Shown here: positions 48,346 through 61,200 of the stretch, one piece after another
How the letters are laid out: each line of letters opens with the position of its first letter
Numbering within the stretch: position 1 is the first letter of the stretch
DNA from: Patellaria atrata CBS 101060
Taxonomy: Eukaryota
NCBI GenBank assembly: GCA_010093705.1
Contig: MU006093.1
Coordinates: 1,447,301 to 1,509,108 of the forward strand
Length of the DNA: 61,808 nucleotides
Direction: 5' to 3'
Position numbers and translations under genes: made by a program
Notes under the pieces: model-generated
The model's input: the letters and a program-made list of their open reading frames with translations, nothing else
Told to the model about the DNA's origin: nothing
Database searches by the model: none

Positions 48346-51314
48346 AAAGATTCTGAGGTCTCGAGTAACCCTCGAAACTGGTAGAAAAGATGAACGAACG
48401 ACTTAATAGAATTAAAAAAGAGCTCAGAATAATAATGAATCAGAGAAAGTCATGGTATCTTGAGACCTCCCTGGACATTATATACTCTCTGGCCGGACCA
48501 ACTGAAGTACAATTCAAAACCATGATACAACATATCTAAAATTATCAGACCTAACTTCGTTCTAATTATTTTTCCTGGCGAGTGCATATGTCAGACTATC
48601 GGATGTCCCGAATGAGCCTAACAGGACGGTTAGGTAAGAATATTTCGGGTTGGCCCTGGACTGTCAGACTAGGAATGCGGTGCACCACTTACGTGACTGG
48701 AGAGAATATACTCCATTGGACTGAATTGAAGCAAGAAGTGTAGTCTGACAGCTCAGCAGTCAGCACTGGATGTGTGATCTGCCTACTGCGGGTACTTGCT
48801 TGAAGCGCGCAAAGGCTCTGTTAGGCAATGGCCTCATGCACGAAGAGTTAAACACACGGTCGTATGGGTTAGTCCTGATCACATATGGAAATTGCAAATT
48901 AGTTTCGACAGCCTAGAGATGTCGGGAAGGCTTCTAGAATTGGACGACAACTCTCTTTCAGCTAGTTGATATGCCGGTAGCTGCGCTGGCGCTGCGTTTC
49001 ACAGAAGCTTTTCTTTGGTTTATCCGGTCGTCGTACTCCTACGAGCCTTCGACCAAGGATCCGTAAGTTGTTGTAAGAAGGGGAACTGAGTCAGAGCTGA
49101 TGATGATCTCCTTGATCCTAGGGGACGGGACGCACACCCGCTGAGCTGGAAAGGTGGAATACCACGAATTTACGAATTCACGATGAGGTGATGTTCTTTC
49201 AAGCCGGCGAGTGTTGTACCGTATATTGTATTGTATATTTTAACTGTCTCCCTCGGCTGAGGTCTTTGTAGACTCAACTGAAGAAGGTAAGCTTTGCGCA
49301 GCTAACCAAAACTAGCTTTGATTAACCGTAAGCTTATTAGCGCTGCTATTATCTAGATACGCAAAGACGGAGGATTTTGGTTATTTTTAATGACTTCCTT
49401 TACAAAACTTCATCTACTGTACTTAGATACAGTACCTACTTGATGCCCACCTTTGGATGCCGTAAGACACTCGACAGCAAACATCTGGAGTGAGGATTGT
49501 GTACTGTACAGTTAACTACAAACTCACCGAGCACGGGTATACGGACGCGTGCTAGAACCACTTAATATTGGCCTGCTGCACGTCTTCTCTCTATATTAAA
49601 TGGCGCGGCTAGAATTCTCGATTGCGATATCATCAATCATCAATCCGTTCGTCTAGCACAAGCGCCTGTATTGTACGTGGTCCCTGTTACTCCTGTAGGA
49701 CTACAAAGGATCCCGAGCGGTTCGTATCGCTCTCGTCGATCATTTCGCTTTCTCCTGCTCTCTGTAATAAAATGCACTACAGTCTTTATGTCAGTCCGTG
49801 GCTTGATAGAGAGAGGTCTGGATGCTGGTCTGAGCGATTGACTGATGACCTTTGACCCTTTTTAACCTCCATCCTCTTCTTCTCCAAGTTCTTCCAATCC
49901 AAGTTCGATTTCCTCCGATTTAGCCAGTAATAACAATGCATCGGCTGGGCGGCTTTTATGTTTCGAATTCTGATAGTTCTACAGCTGAGAGCGTGAGTGA
50001 TACATATTATTTCCGATCCATCATCCAGGATAACACGAGGCAGAATCATAAGGCACAGTCCAAGCTCATCTAGGGCTCAGTCTGGTTGCACACCCCATCT
50101 ATTCTCGCCCAGTTATCATGCGTAGACCTTATGAGGTGACCCTGTAGGCAGGTAAAGGCAATATACCATGTGCGAAGCAGCCCTTGGGATTGGGATCTGA
50201 TCGTCGCGTTCGTACCGCGGAGACCAATCTATTGCAACATGCACATTCGGTACGAGGGACAAGAGTTTAGGCGAAGAGAATAACATTAAAGAATTACACC
50301 ATCTCTATCGTCAAGTTAGCAATGCTTAATAAAGATCACTTAGGGACAATGCTCAGAGTCCTTCGAAGGATGCGTCTGATACCGATCGAGTGCTAATCCA
50401 GGTGTCTCTTTTCTCGCTACTTTCTCTGCACCGCCTGTACTTCGAGAGATGCATACAAGCCAGGATTTGAACCGATCGGCCTTGGAAGTTATGTCGATCT
50501 CGCCTGGTATGGCTACTACTAAATACAGAAGCACACATCTATAGACTCAAATTTTATGCCGGAACCAATTAGCCTTCATTGTGGGTACTCGTTTGATGTT
50601 TGAAAAAGAACTTCTAGATTCTGACGGGAAACAGTCGACGACAAGACTGGCGGGTGATACGGAAGAAACAACGAGAACGGATTCACCGCCGCTTGATTTA
50701 CCATGGAAGAGTGTAATAGGACAACTGTACGAATTTTGCATAGTAAGCGCGTGGTACACTATATTGTAGGCTGTAAGTACATAAACTTCAATTGCCACCA
50801 CAATCATAGAGTCAACCCCATTTGTCCCAAAGCACAGTGAGATGTTGTACTTGACCAGAGTTGGAACACAATCTAACGTGAGGGAGCACTATCGCACGGG
50901 TCCAATAATTTCGTCAAGAAGTGGGAGTTGACCTACAGGCTACACGTGTGTGTCCGGATTTCCGTTATGGATTATATCAGAACGGTTCTATAATACTAAA
51001 TAAGGTGACAACGATGTCGACGTTACACTTTCCACGGTTATGGAACCCACCAGAAATCCGAGAGATCAACCTTTAGAGTGCATTTTTCAATCCCCTAAGA
51101 ACTTTTGTACGTACTCGTACATTTGCTCGCAGTTCCAACCAAAGGGTTGGACGTTCGGTACCGTTAAGCTTACAAGAACACTAAATATATGATCGCACTT
51201 CAATTTCATTTACTCAGTTACATTCATTCACACTAAGAACAGACTTCCCGTTTCCCAGGTTCTTTCTCGCTCTTCAATTTCCTCTCAGGAACTTTCACAT
51301 AAGACACTGCATCC

Positions 51315-51626
51315 ATGCGTGTGTCGAGCATACTACTCATAGTACTTTCTCCTCCTCTTGGTCTCCTCGCACTCCTAGCCCCTCTTTCCATCGCCGTACC
51401 AGTCCCGGGTGCCGTACAATCTCAGTCCGGCGCGGCCCTTCTACTCCCGTCACCCATTGCGTTTTCTATCATCCTGTATAACACGCTCCGCGAGACTCAT
51501 AATAACGTCCGCTCGGATGCTATCGTAGAGATCCGAGGTCTTATTCCGCCTGTCATCGATGGACGCCTCCCATTCAACTTGTATGAGGCCCCATCTCCGG
51601 TTCCGGGTTTGGATTGTCCACCTTAG
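51315..51626 (+). CDS. Possible small secreted or membrane orphan protein
   Basis: TATA-like TAAATATAT near 51182, CT-rich leader, hydrophobic N-terminus ending SIA|VPVP; no recognisable family. Confidence 0.35.
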   Translation: MRVSSILLIVLSPPLGLLALLAPLSIAVPVPGAVQSQSGAALLLPSPIAFSIILYNTLRETHNNVRSDAIVEIRGLIPPVIDGRLPFNLYEAPSPVPGLDCPP

Positions 51627-52483
51627 AGTGATAATATTTCCAAACCTAGGACTCCAACGGAGACGGTGACTGTCGATATGAAATTGAGTAGACAATTGGT
51701 CGTACCCAGCATAGATGATGTGTATGTTGTAGGACTGGTGGCCTAGGTTCTCACGGATCCTATTAAAACGCTATCTCATTGGCTACTCTGCAATAACTTT
51801 TTAGTGTTCCCTTATGATTCAATTAGAGATTCCGCTTTCATGTACGGTATATATGAAGTAGACTATCAGGATCGAACCGGTGATTGAATAGCGAATTATC
51901 ATTGAAAGAGGTGAATAATTGCTACAAGATGCCATGAACCAAAGATATTGACCAAGCTATTTCAGTGCCTCGGAAGGTCACCTTCGGATGAGATGCATTT
52001 GTTCCACAGAAGTTCGAAACGAGGAATATTAATATATGCTCCAAATGCTCGATAGATAATGTCTATATACCTATTTGTGATACAAGATATACCCTAATTT
52101 ATCGAACCCCATGGTCTTGGTCAGATCCGCGGTGCCTAACTTAACAAAACGTACACTAATGTGGCTTAAATGATCATTTGTATGATTGAGCCAGTACGTA
52201 CCTTGTCTTCTTGTAATTAAACGACTTCCAGTCAACTGTATACTGGTCGGACAAGGATCTTCGGAATGTGAATAGAACTTTTGGGCTCGTTAGTGTACAC
52301 TTACTATACTTGTACACAGTTGGCAGTTGGTCTAATACCTGAAAATTCCCTAGAATGGCATACTGAAGGTACGGACGGGCGCAGGGTAAAGTCACAACGG
52401 CCCAAAGCGCTTTAAGAACCATAGTATATTGTTTATACAAAGACTCTAGAGAAGTTCATTTTATGTCTTGTACGTGCACCAAA

Positions 52484-53953
52484 TCACCGTCCAGATTCTG
52501 GGCTTGGTTCCTCACCCGCTTCTGATCCATCTACATCCTCTCCATCATCCCCCTTGCCAGTGCTTTTTCCCCATTTGAACCCTCCAAACAGTACCAAAAG
52601 GCCCAAATCGTACAACCCCTTTAAAGCGCCTGCGACTACAAATGCAATCCACCACATCTTCCCCTGTGCCAACCCTCCAGTGATAACCGGCCCGGCAGCC
52701 TGAGCCAGGGTCTTCGCAACCATCAAAACACCACCCCCGGCCGTCCTCTCCTGTCTGCCCAGCAGACTCGCCACAAACGCGCTCCTAGGGCTTTGGTCCA
52801 TCGCGTTAAGCGCCGCACGCAGAACCAGCAGCACGACCGTCCAGCCAATAGTTTGCGGGAATGGGAGCAGGACGAGAAAGAGCGCGGCGGGAGCGTGCGG
52901 GAGCACCATGGCGGGGATGGGGCCGAGGTGGTGGGTCAGAGCGCCAGAGAAGAGCGCGAAGAGCGTGCTGAGGAGTGTCGTGCAGGACATGAGGGTGCCG
53001 AGGGCGGATTCGCGCAGGGGAAATTTGGTCACGAGCCAGTAGTTGAGGAGGGGCCAGGGGGCCATGCCGGAGGCAAAGGAGTCGAGGGCGAAGAGGAGAG
53101 CGAGTTTGAGGAGCGTGAGACGGGATGTGGGAGAGATGGTGAACAGAGAAGCTGTCTTGGGAGATACGGAATTGGTTTGCTCTGGGGGAATGTTTGGGGG
53201 TACTGGCGTGTGGTTGTGCGGAAGGAGAGGCTCATGTTCTAGGTCTAACGGTAGGTGGGTATGAACGCTTGTTTCGTTCCGTTCGAGCTCCAGTTCGCAC
53301 TTCCTGCTCAAGGAGATGGCAAAGAGTGCCTTTGCAAGCCCAATGGCGGAGTATACGTAAAATATGACTCTATAGGCGTCAGATTCCTTCCATGCAGGTT
53401 TTTCGCGTAAGAAGCTAGTCAGCCAGCCAGATACAGCCAATCCTGCGGCCGCCGCAAGGTTCATGAAGACATTGTACCATTGATACAGATATGATCTCTG
53501 AATCTCGTCATCAGTCAGTTGCGCGATGATGCTTTCCTCTATCGCCCGGAATGGGCCAATCTCGTTTCCTCCAACGCTAATCACACCCACAATCGCGACC
53601 AGTAGCATGATCCAGTAGTTGCTGAAAATCACAAACACGGTACCGGCAAGCATCATCCCGCAAGCGCCGAAAAGAAGCATGATTCGACGGCCGACCTTGT
53701 CGGCCACTTGCGTGAGGGCCAGGCTGAGGATAGCGTCCCCGAGAAGTGTCAGAGTCATAAAAAGGCCGATACGCGTATCTGAAAAGCCGAGAGAGGCAAG
53801 ATAGAGGGCCAAAATCAGTCCTACGAGCCCAAAGGCGAATCCGCGGAGAGATCTCGATATAATGATGATCCAAACGTCGCGTGAAGCATTCGAAGCAGCA
53901 GATATCCCAAGTGTGTTGCTCACCACTGAGAGGACGCTTTTGATAGTAGCCAT
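52484..53953 (-). CDS. MFS transporter (yeast YJR124C-like), intronless
   Basis: About 12 hydrophobic segments, motif A-like ADKVGRR, GGNEIGPFRAIEES, LFALDSFASG, MDQSPRSAF; first ATG at 53953. Confidence 0.9.
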   Translation of the reverse strand: MATIKSVLSVVSNTLGISAASNASRDVWIIIISRSLRGFAFGLVGLILALYLASLGFSDTRIGLFMTLTLLGDAILSLALTQVADKVGRRIMLLFGACGMMLAGTVFVIFSNYWIMLLVAIVGVISVGGNEIGPFRAIEESIIAQLTDDEIQRSYLYQWYNVFMNLAAAAGLAVSGWLTSFLREKPAWKESDAYRVIFYVYSAIGLAKALFAISLSRKCELELERNETSVHTHLPLDLEHEPLLPHNHTPVPPNIPPEQTNSVSPKTASLFTISPTSRLTLLKLALLFALDSFASGMAPWPLLNYWLVTKFPLRESALGTLMSCTTLLSTLFALFSGALTHHLGPIPAMVLPHAPAALFLVLLPFPQTIGWTVVLLVLRAALNAMDQSPRSAFVASLLGRQERTAGGGVLMVAKTLAQAAGPVITGGLAQGKMWWIAFVVAGALKGLYDLGLLVLFGGFKWGKSTGKGDDGEDVDGSEAGEEPSPESGR

Positions 53954-54731
53954 CTCTTTCTTATTAGACAATTGAAGCCGGAAATATGGTATGACCGATA
54001 GTAATCGAATTGCTTAAGGTACAACGAGAGAAATAGTAGTACTACAGGGTGAACTATGCCCCCAAGACCGTATTATCTGCAACATTGACTTGGACTGCTG
54101 AAATAAAATGAATCTCGATATAATCAAGCCATGTAGGGTAGGTCCAATTTGAGTATGTAAGAGTGGAACGGTCATATTGTATCAGAGGTTTCCTTGACAT
54201 TGAATATTGGAGGATGACGGAGATTGTGGCTGATGCCTGGGATAGATCTCCTTATGGAAGGTAAGGTAGGGATATAATACCTTAGTCGTTTTGAAACTAA
54301 GCCTTTTTCGATTTGGATATCACCACGACATCCTCCGAACTTGAAACTGCGAAATACGTCTATTTCAACTTCACATATCATCACGCAATCGGCCTCACCT
54401 CTTTATAGGACAATTATGAGTCTATATCCAAACGGAGAAGCATGGTTCTGCAGGATGCTCTCGTACGAGTGAGAACTAGAGACAGCTGACAATTCTTCAC
54501 CTTCGAACACCGGGTCTTGTGGCTGTTACAGTGGGCTTCAGCTAAGAGACAGTCGTATCAGAATGCAAATGAGTAAAGGGTGAAATGGTTTGATTATCTA
54601 GAAAGCCGACAGCGATGTTGAATAGCATTCCGACCACCACCTTCTCAAACCGGATACCCTAGTTTTATGGCAGCATTTCAACTCGTTTGCTCGAAGATGC
54701 CTCAACTTTGCCCAGCAGCTCAGTTTTCTAC

Positions 54732-55130
54732 CTATGGGCAAATAACTTTGACGCTCTCGAACGAAGTACCTGCTTGGACGCATCCGCCAACAGGAGCCAG
54801 GGTTTCTCCGACAGTACAGTTGGTATCCGTGAAAAGGTGGACTGTCAGTTAGGTTAATCTAACCGCGATCTTGCAAACTACTCATTTTTGGGGATATTTA
54901 CCCGTACATCCATCTACAACCGATCTCGTCCTGTAGCTCAGAACTGGTGCAATTTGACCCGATCGATCAACGGGCGCGCAGGTACCCGGGTCTGCGAACA
55001 CAGGATCCGAAAAGATAAAATTGGTGCAGCCGCCCGAAGCAAAGAGGTCGCCGACAGCACTGAATTGACCTTGCGCGTACGTACCGGCGACGGCGGCGAG
55101 AAGAGTTGCGAGAAGAACTTTTGTTTGCAT
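54732..55130 (-). CDS. Small secreted cysteine-rich protein, 112 aa, 6 Cys; intron 54842-54901
   Basis: Signal MQTKVLLATLLAAVAGTYA; GT-AG intron joins ..DGCT to VHLFTDTNCTVGETLAPVGGCVQAGTSFESVKVICP*; TATATAAA about 100 bp upstream. Confidence 0.85.
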
Positions 55131-58100
55131 CTTGATAGACGAGTCTTGTATGACTATTAGTGGATAGGGCGCCAAAGTATTGGTTTGTGTGTTGATAATT
55201 ATACTCTTTTGTCGCTCCAGGGGAGGGCTTCTTTATATACACGTCGCTGGAGGTGAGTATGGTCCCCGACCGCTTTCGCGGCAATCCTACACTTATCCGA
55301 ATTAGAATATGAAGCTCATTCAACGTAACTATGGATGTTACCTTGTCCATTAAACCCATGTTATCCGTATACCAATACTATTTTCGGCTGTCTTGCGCAT
55401 GTATTTCTGATCAAATGATTGGAGGTCGCATGCCCTGACATACCGGCGGTATGTTCTGACGAGTGCGTGGTGGAATAAAAACTCAGAGATTCGAAGAAAT
55501 CGAGCGAAAATGGAAACTCATTGGCTAACAGCTACTGAGATGTGATGGGGTAAGACCAGGTCCGTCAGCTGAGTGGCGTTGGCATTCATCTTAGCACGTA
55601 TATGTAAGCTGCTTATAACTTCTACAGAAAAGGCACGTTACAAACTTGACGATATTATCGAGAATGGCATACAGATAACGGTGCCCTCTGACGTACCTCT
55701 GGCTGCTTACACGGGATGACGATGGAATAGAAACAACGCGTAAGACTAAAAGGATCACACTATTGCGAAGCGAAGAATACCTGAGTACATGGAAGTATCA
55801 TAAGCGGGGAACTGATGATTTAGAAAGGGTAAGAAATGACTGTGCGGTGCTACTTGCGGCCAATTTGTTTCCTGGGATCTGTGAGGTCCGTCCTCTGAAA
55901 GACGGTGCAAAGGATGCGCTTGGGAAGCAGTTTCAACTTGCGGAGCATGAGGTGGGCATATCAACCCGTACAGTACTAGAACGCAGCCACTAGATTTGAA
56001 TGCCTATAACAGTGTTGGATCTCCTCAGAGGTGCATGTGGTGGTAGGTAAGCGTTTCCTTTTTCAACCGTCACCAAGGAAGCCATACGGGAGGAGACGGG
56101 TTGTGGGCTCTTATTTTGCTATATACACTCTTTAGTTCTAGTTTGCATATGCTCAAGGTATGCTTACCCGTTACTATCGTTCATAACTTTCTAAACTATT
56201 GGTTAGGTTGTAACTGCGTACCTGGTAACGAGTGATATGCGTAGACACGGATTGCATTCGTCTAAAACCCAAGCGGTAGGATATCTTGTATTACATCAGC
56301 CCAGAAGTTAATATGTCTCAAAACTAGACACAATTCTACAAGATATCGAATTATAGCGGATTTTTGTTTAGACAATGAGCAACTCTGCGACATTACATCT
56401 TCGTATACATTGCATTTGACATTCAGCAACATTACAATTCCTCTACCACTTACGACTTAGGCAGGAGCTCGGCACTTGTGGTCACGTCTAGAAAGAGGAG
56501 GAGACCAGTACCCTGGTTACGGTAGTAAACAATAGCAAACTCTCTCAGTCTGACATACTTTATCTTACTTATATGAGCCTTCGGGTTCTTCCCTGGAATC
56601 TCTTCTTCTACATTGCACTTCTAAAAAACGCCGAACATCGTGACAATACATTACACGAACCTATTCATCATCTAGTCGAGCGTTGTCCTTTTTGAAAACC
56701 CTTGCATCACTCAAAATTCGCTTCGTAGTCTACCGCCTGAAACTAGTTGAAATGAAACGTCTTTGGACTCAACGTCATCCAGAGGCAATTAAGGTATTAC
56801 TTGTTACTACTAAGTGAGAATCATAGGAACATACCTCCTTTCGGGCTGCGTCAACAATTCACCATTATGTCTTAACGATTGTACATCCTCACCCTTTCTC
56901 CCTTAGAGAAACGGTACACTCATGGCCATTCTACGAGCGCCATGCCGAAGACCTACGTTCAAACACACCCGAAAGGACATTGAAGTCAGATTTCAGGTTG
57001 TGTCTCGTTACTCGATTTCAACGACATCACCGGCATCATCAACATCCTCAATTCACACTAGGTACGGAACAACAATTCTCTCGCTAGTCAAGTATGTTCT
57101 GAAATCTTATATTGGAAAGGGACTGTCAGAAAGGGCGATCCCTCGAAGTAGTTACCAGATGAGACGACTTAGATATCTATGATCATCTATCCAACCTCCT
57201 TATATGCTATAAAACGGATTTCGTACGGAACGTACTGCGACGAACCTCTTGTTCGAAGATTTTGAAACGGAATCCCCCCCCTACCGTTTCGTCTTCGTGT
57301 GACCGACGTATAGCTTTGGCTTGTTTATTTTCTCGCCCTTTAGTGCTTTTCATCCTTGTTTCTCAGTACTAGTCCCTCTTCTTGTTCTATTTTCCAATTG
57401 GCCATTTTGAAATAACGTTTTATACGGGTTGGAGCTTTGGCGTTGTTTATGCTAGAGTAGCTCTTTGTTTTCGTCTTTGGTTTTATATTTTGAGAAGCTC
57501 TGTTTATTATTACTGTGCTACAATGAGATATTACTGGGTCGGCTCTCGAGACAATCGTCTCGGTATTTTGATCTCTCACGATATATTGAGTAGCTTGTTA
57601 GGTCGCGAGATATGTAGCAGGACAGGACGGCATGCGACGTACTTATGGCTGGATTGGTGGGAAATATGTGGCGTAGGGACACGTATATGGCTCCCTTGCC
57701 CTTTAAAAGGCTGGTGTGGAAGGTCTAAGCAGAAAAAGTCTCGAAAGATAGCGATAACCTCAATTGAAGATTGTTCTCATCTGATCTCTTAGTTAGTGCT
57801 GTGCCCATTTTCATAACTTTTAGCCTTGATATGAGGCTACAAATTCATTTTCGGCCTATCGGCTCATAGTTCTCAGTGGATGATTGCTGTGATTCCAGAA
57901 CGAAGACGGACATAGCCCATGACAGATTGCCATCGCCCAAAATTATTCCTTTTTATCTATAGGTCTAGGGAATTATAGACATTCGTAACAGGGACCATAA
58001 TGCGCTCTTATTTTATCCTACCCTGAATATGGAGAACCTGAAGGAATGTACGCAACTGAATACCACTAGCACAGGTCTCCTAGTGCTAGGATAATTAAGG

Positions 58101-58268
58101 GGAGTTCGGGAGTTTTAACGATGCGAATCTGAAAATACGTATGGGAGTTATTATCACGACAAACCGAGGGAAGTTATAATTCGTGGAACTACTGAATTCT
58201 CTATCCGGAATCTATGTCTAGCTACTATTGTCGTATCTTCAATTCAAACAATCGTTGGAGTTTAGAAA

Positions 58269-61200
58269 TGTAACAGGCTAGAGCCTAGTGGTATGAGCGC
58301 GCCCTGCATCCGAAGATCAGCCAGTAATATTTTCCTCAAACCTGCCTTCAGACTCTTCTCTNNNNNNNNNNNNNNNNNNNNNNNNNNNNNNNNNNNNNNN
58401 NNNNNNNNNNNNNNNNNNNNNNNNNNNNNNNNNNNNNNNNNNNNNNNNNNNNNNNNNNNNNNNNNNNNNNNNNNNNNNNNNNNNNNNNNNNNNNNNNNNN
58501 NNNNNNNNNNNNNNNNNNNNNNNNNNNNNNNNNNNNNNNNNNNNNNNNNNNNNNNNNNNNNNNNNNNNNNNNNNNNNNNNNNNNNNNNNNNNNNNNNNNN
58601 NNNNNNNNNNNNNNNNNNNNNNNNNNNNNNNNNNNNNNNNNNNNNNNNNNNNNNNNNNNNNNNNNNNNNNNNNNNNNNNNNNNNNNNNNNNNNNNNNNNN
58701 NNNNNNNNNNNNNNNNNNNNNNNNNNNNNNNNNNNNNNNNNNNNNNNNNNNNNNNNNNNNNNNNNNNNNNNNNNNNNNNNNNNNNNNNNNNNNNNNNNNN
58801 NNNNNNNNNNNNNNNNNNNNNNNNNNNNNNNNNNNNNNNNNNNNNNNNNNNNNNNNNNNNNNNNNNNNNNNNNNNNNNNNNNNNNNNNNNNNNNNNNNNN
58901 NTGGGCCCGGCTGAGAATCACTAACTTGTTGTGATGGTAGGGGATCACTTGGTACTGGATGTAGTAGGTCTACATGGAATACTGGGTGGATCTTTCCAGG
59001 GACGTTGAGTTGGTATGAGTGAGAATTCACCTGCTTAACAACTTGATACTTCGAGTGCAACCAATCCAGCTTCTTTGACGGTCTTGGGGTTTTGACATTC
59101 TTCAAGTTCAAAAACACCCAATCGCCTTCTTTATATCTCGGGGAAGCTATTCTAGTTTTATTAGCATAGTGTTGTTGCTTTTCTTGTGCCATCGCTATGG
59201 CAGCTTGAGCCCATTCTGTTGCATCTTGAAGTCTTTTAATAAAGTCTTCTGCTAGCACCTCACCATCTTTCCTTGTTCGATCCCGGATAGTGCGTTCTTC
59301 TACAAGTTGGATTGGCTCATTATGATATCCATGCATGAAGAAGAAGGGGCTCAGTCCAGTCGATGAAGACTCTCGATTATTGATTCCTCCCATGACAATC
59401 GGTAGTAGTTCCGACCAATTCTCCTGCATGTAAGTTGCCCAAATGCGAATCATCTTCTCAATCTCTTGGTTCATTCGTTCTGTTGCGCCATCCGTCTGAG
59501 GATGATATGCAGTTGATAAGCGCTGCTTAATCTTCAAAAGCGTGCAGAAATGTCTCCATAGGTCACTAACGAACTGTGGGCCTCTATCGCTTGTGATTGC
59601 GTTGGGGATACCATGAACAGGGTAGTGGCGTTCAAAGAGTCTTTATGCAACCTTTTCAGAGGAGATATCGTGCATACTTTCTAACTCAACTCCTTTCGTT
59701 AGTCGATCAGTGACTACCATGCAGTTTGTAGCATTGTCCCGTCCAGACGGTGGTAAGTCGGTGATAAAATCAATTGAGATCTCTCCCCAAATGCGTTCTG
59801 GTATCGGTAGTGGCTTGAGGAGCCCTTTCTTCGACTCTCTCCAAATGGTGTTTCTTCCACATACTTCACAATTCCGGACGAACTGTCGAACATTGCTTGC
59901 AGCACCTGGCCAGAAGAATTGCCTTGATAGAATGGTATAAGTAAGGTCTCTTCCAGGGTGTCCAGTAATGTGAGAGTCGTGAATGTTTTGGATTATACGA
60001 GTACGCAATGGTTCACTACCAGGAATCCAGATTCTTCCACGAAATTGTAGCAAGCCTCTATCCTCTAAAGTACACTCGGTAATACTTACAGACTTCTCCT
60101 TTTGAAGCGTTATTGGTAGGTCTCGTCCTTCATTTGCCACTAGAACTGTCAACTCCTAGTAGAGCTGGTCTTCCTATCGGCTTTGGTGCCAGAGCTGTTG
60201 CATCTCTTCGTTCTCAAAGAGTGGTACTTCTTTAGAGAAGTCAACTTTAGCTGATAGAGCATTTATATTTAGGACTCTAGTGCTCTTAAGATGTTTGTTC
60301 TGGAAGAGTTGTATAAAACGTGATCGTAGCCTTTCGTCGTTATAGTTATTTGGAAGGTCCTATTCACGACGTGATAGCGCATCAGGTTTACCCATACTTG
60401 TTCCTGGTTTCCATTCCAGAGTGAAATTAAATCTTGCAAGAAACTCTGACCATCGTACTTGTCTCTCGGATAGCTGCTTCTCTGTGTAGAAGTACCTTAA
60501 ATTCTTATGATCAGTCAAAATGGTGAAGTGCTTAACCATATGTAGCTCCGGTTCCCAGGCTTCTAAGCACCTTATAATAGCAAGTAATTCCTTATCATGA
60601 ATTGGGTAATTGGCTTCAGTAGAAGAATGCTTTTTTGAATGATACGCAACGGGTTTCCAGATACCTGCCTTATCTTTCTGCAAAAGTAAACCACCAGTAG
60701 CATAACCAGACGAGTCGGCTTCTATTAGTGTCTCCATATCTGGGTCAAAGTGAGCTAAGATAGGTGCGGTGATAAGTAACTCCTTTATCTTTTCAAATGC
60801 TTCATCACAAGGCTTATCCCATCGAAAGGGGACGTCCCTCTTTGTAAGATCTGTAAGAGGCCTTGCAATATCCGAGAACTCAGGTATAAAAGTCCGATAG
60901 AAGTTTGCAAACCCTATAAACCCTCGAACTGTCTTGACGGATGACGGTGTGGCCCACTCCCGTATTGCAACAATCTTTTCAGGGTCAACGCGGATCCCAG
61001 TTTCAGCTTCAATAATAAACCCAAGATATTTGACCCTTTTAGTCTCAAATTCGCACTTTTCAATATCGATCTGTAGTCCGGCGTCCATTAGCCGTTGAAG
61101 AATCTTTCCAACTTTATTTCGGTGGTCTTTAAGGGTTCCTGATGAGTAGATAAGAATATCATCTACATATGCTGAGACAAAATCGTCTAGATAATCTTGA

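Noticed and set aside
50547..50807. Short hydrophobic ORF on the minus strand
   Set aside because: No proper start or family motifs
41681..53953. Secondary-metabolite cluster of divergent FPGS + tyrosinase + MFS
   Set aside because: No backbone enzyme or transcription factor, the tyrosinase is secreted, and the genes are widely spaced; not excluded but unsupported
55620..57800. Scattered protein-like fragments left of the retrotransposon
   Set aside because: Frames broken, no identifiable domain or terminal repeats
58262..58948. ORFs of 213-228 aa in the ORF track
   Set aside because: Artefacts of translating through the 540-N gap
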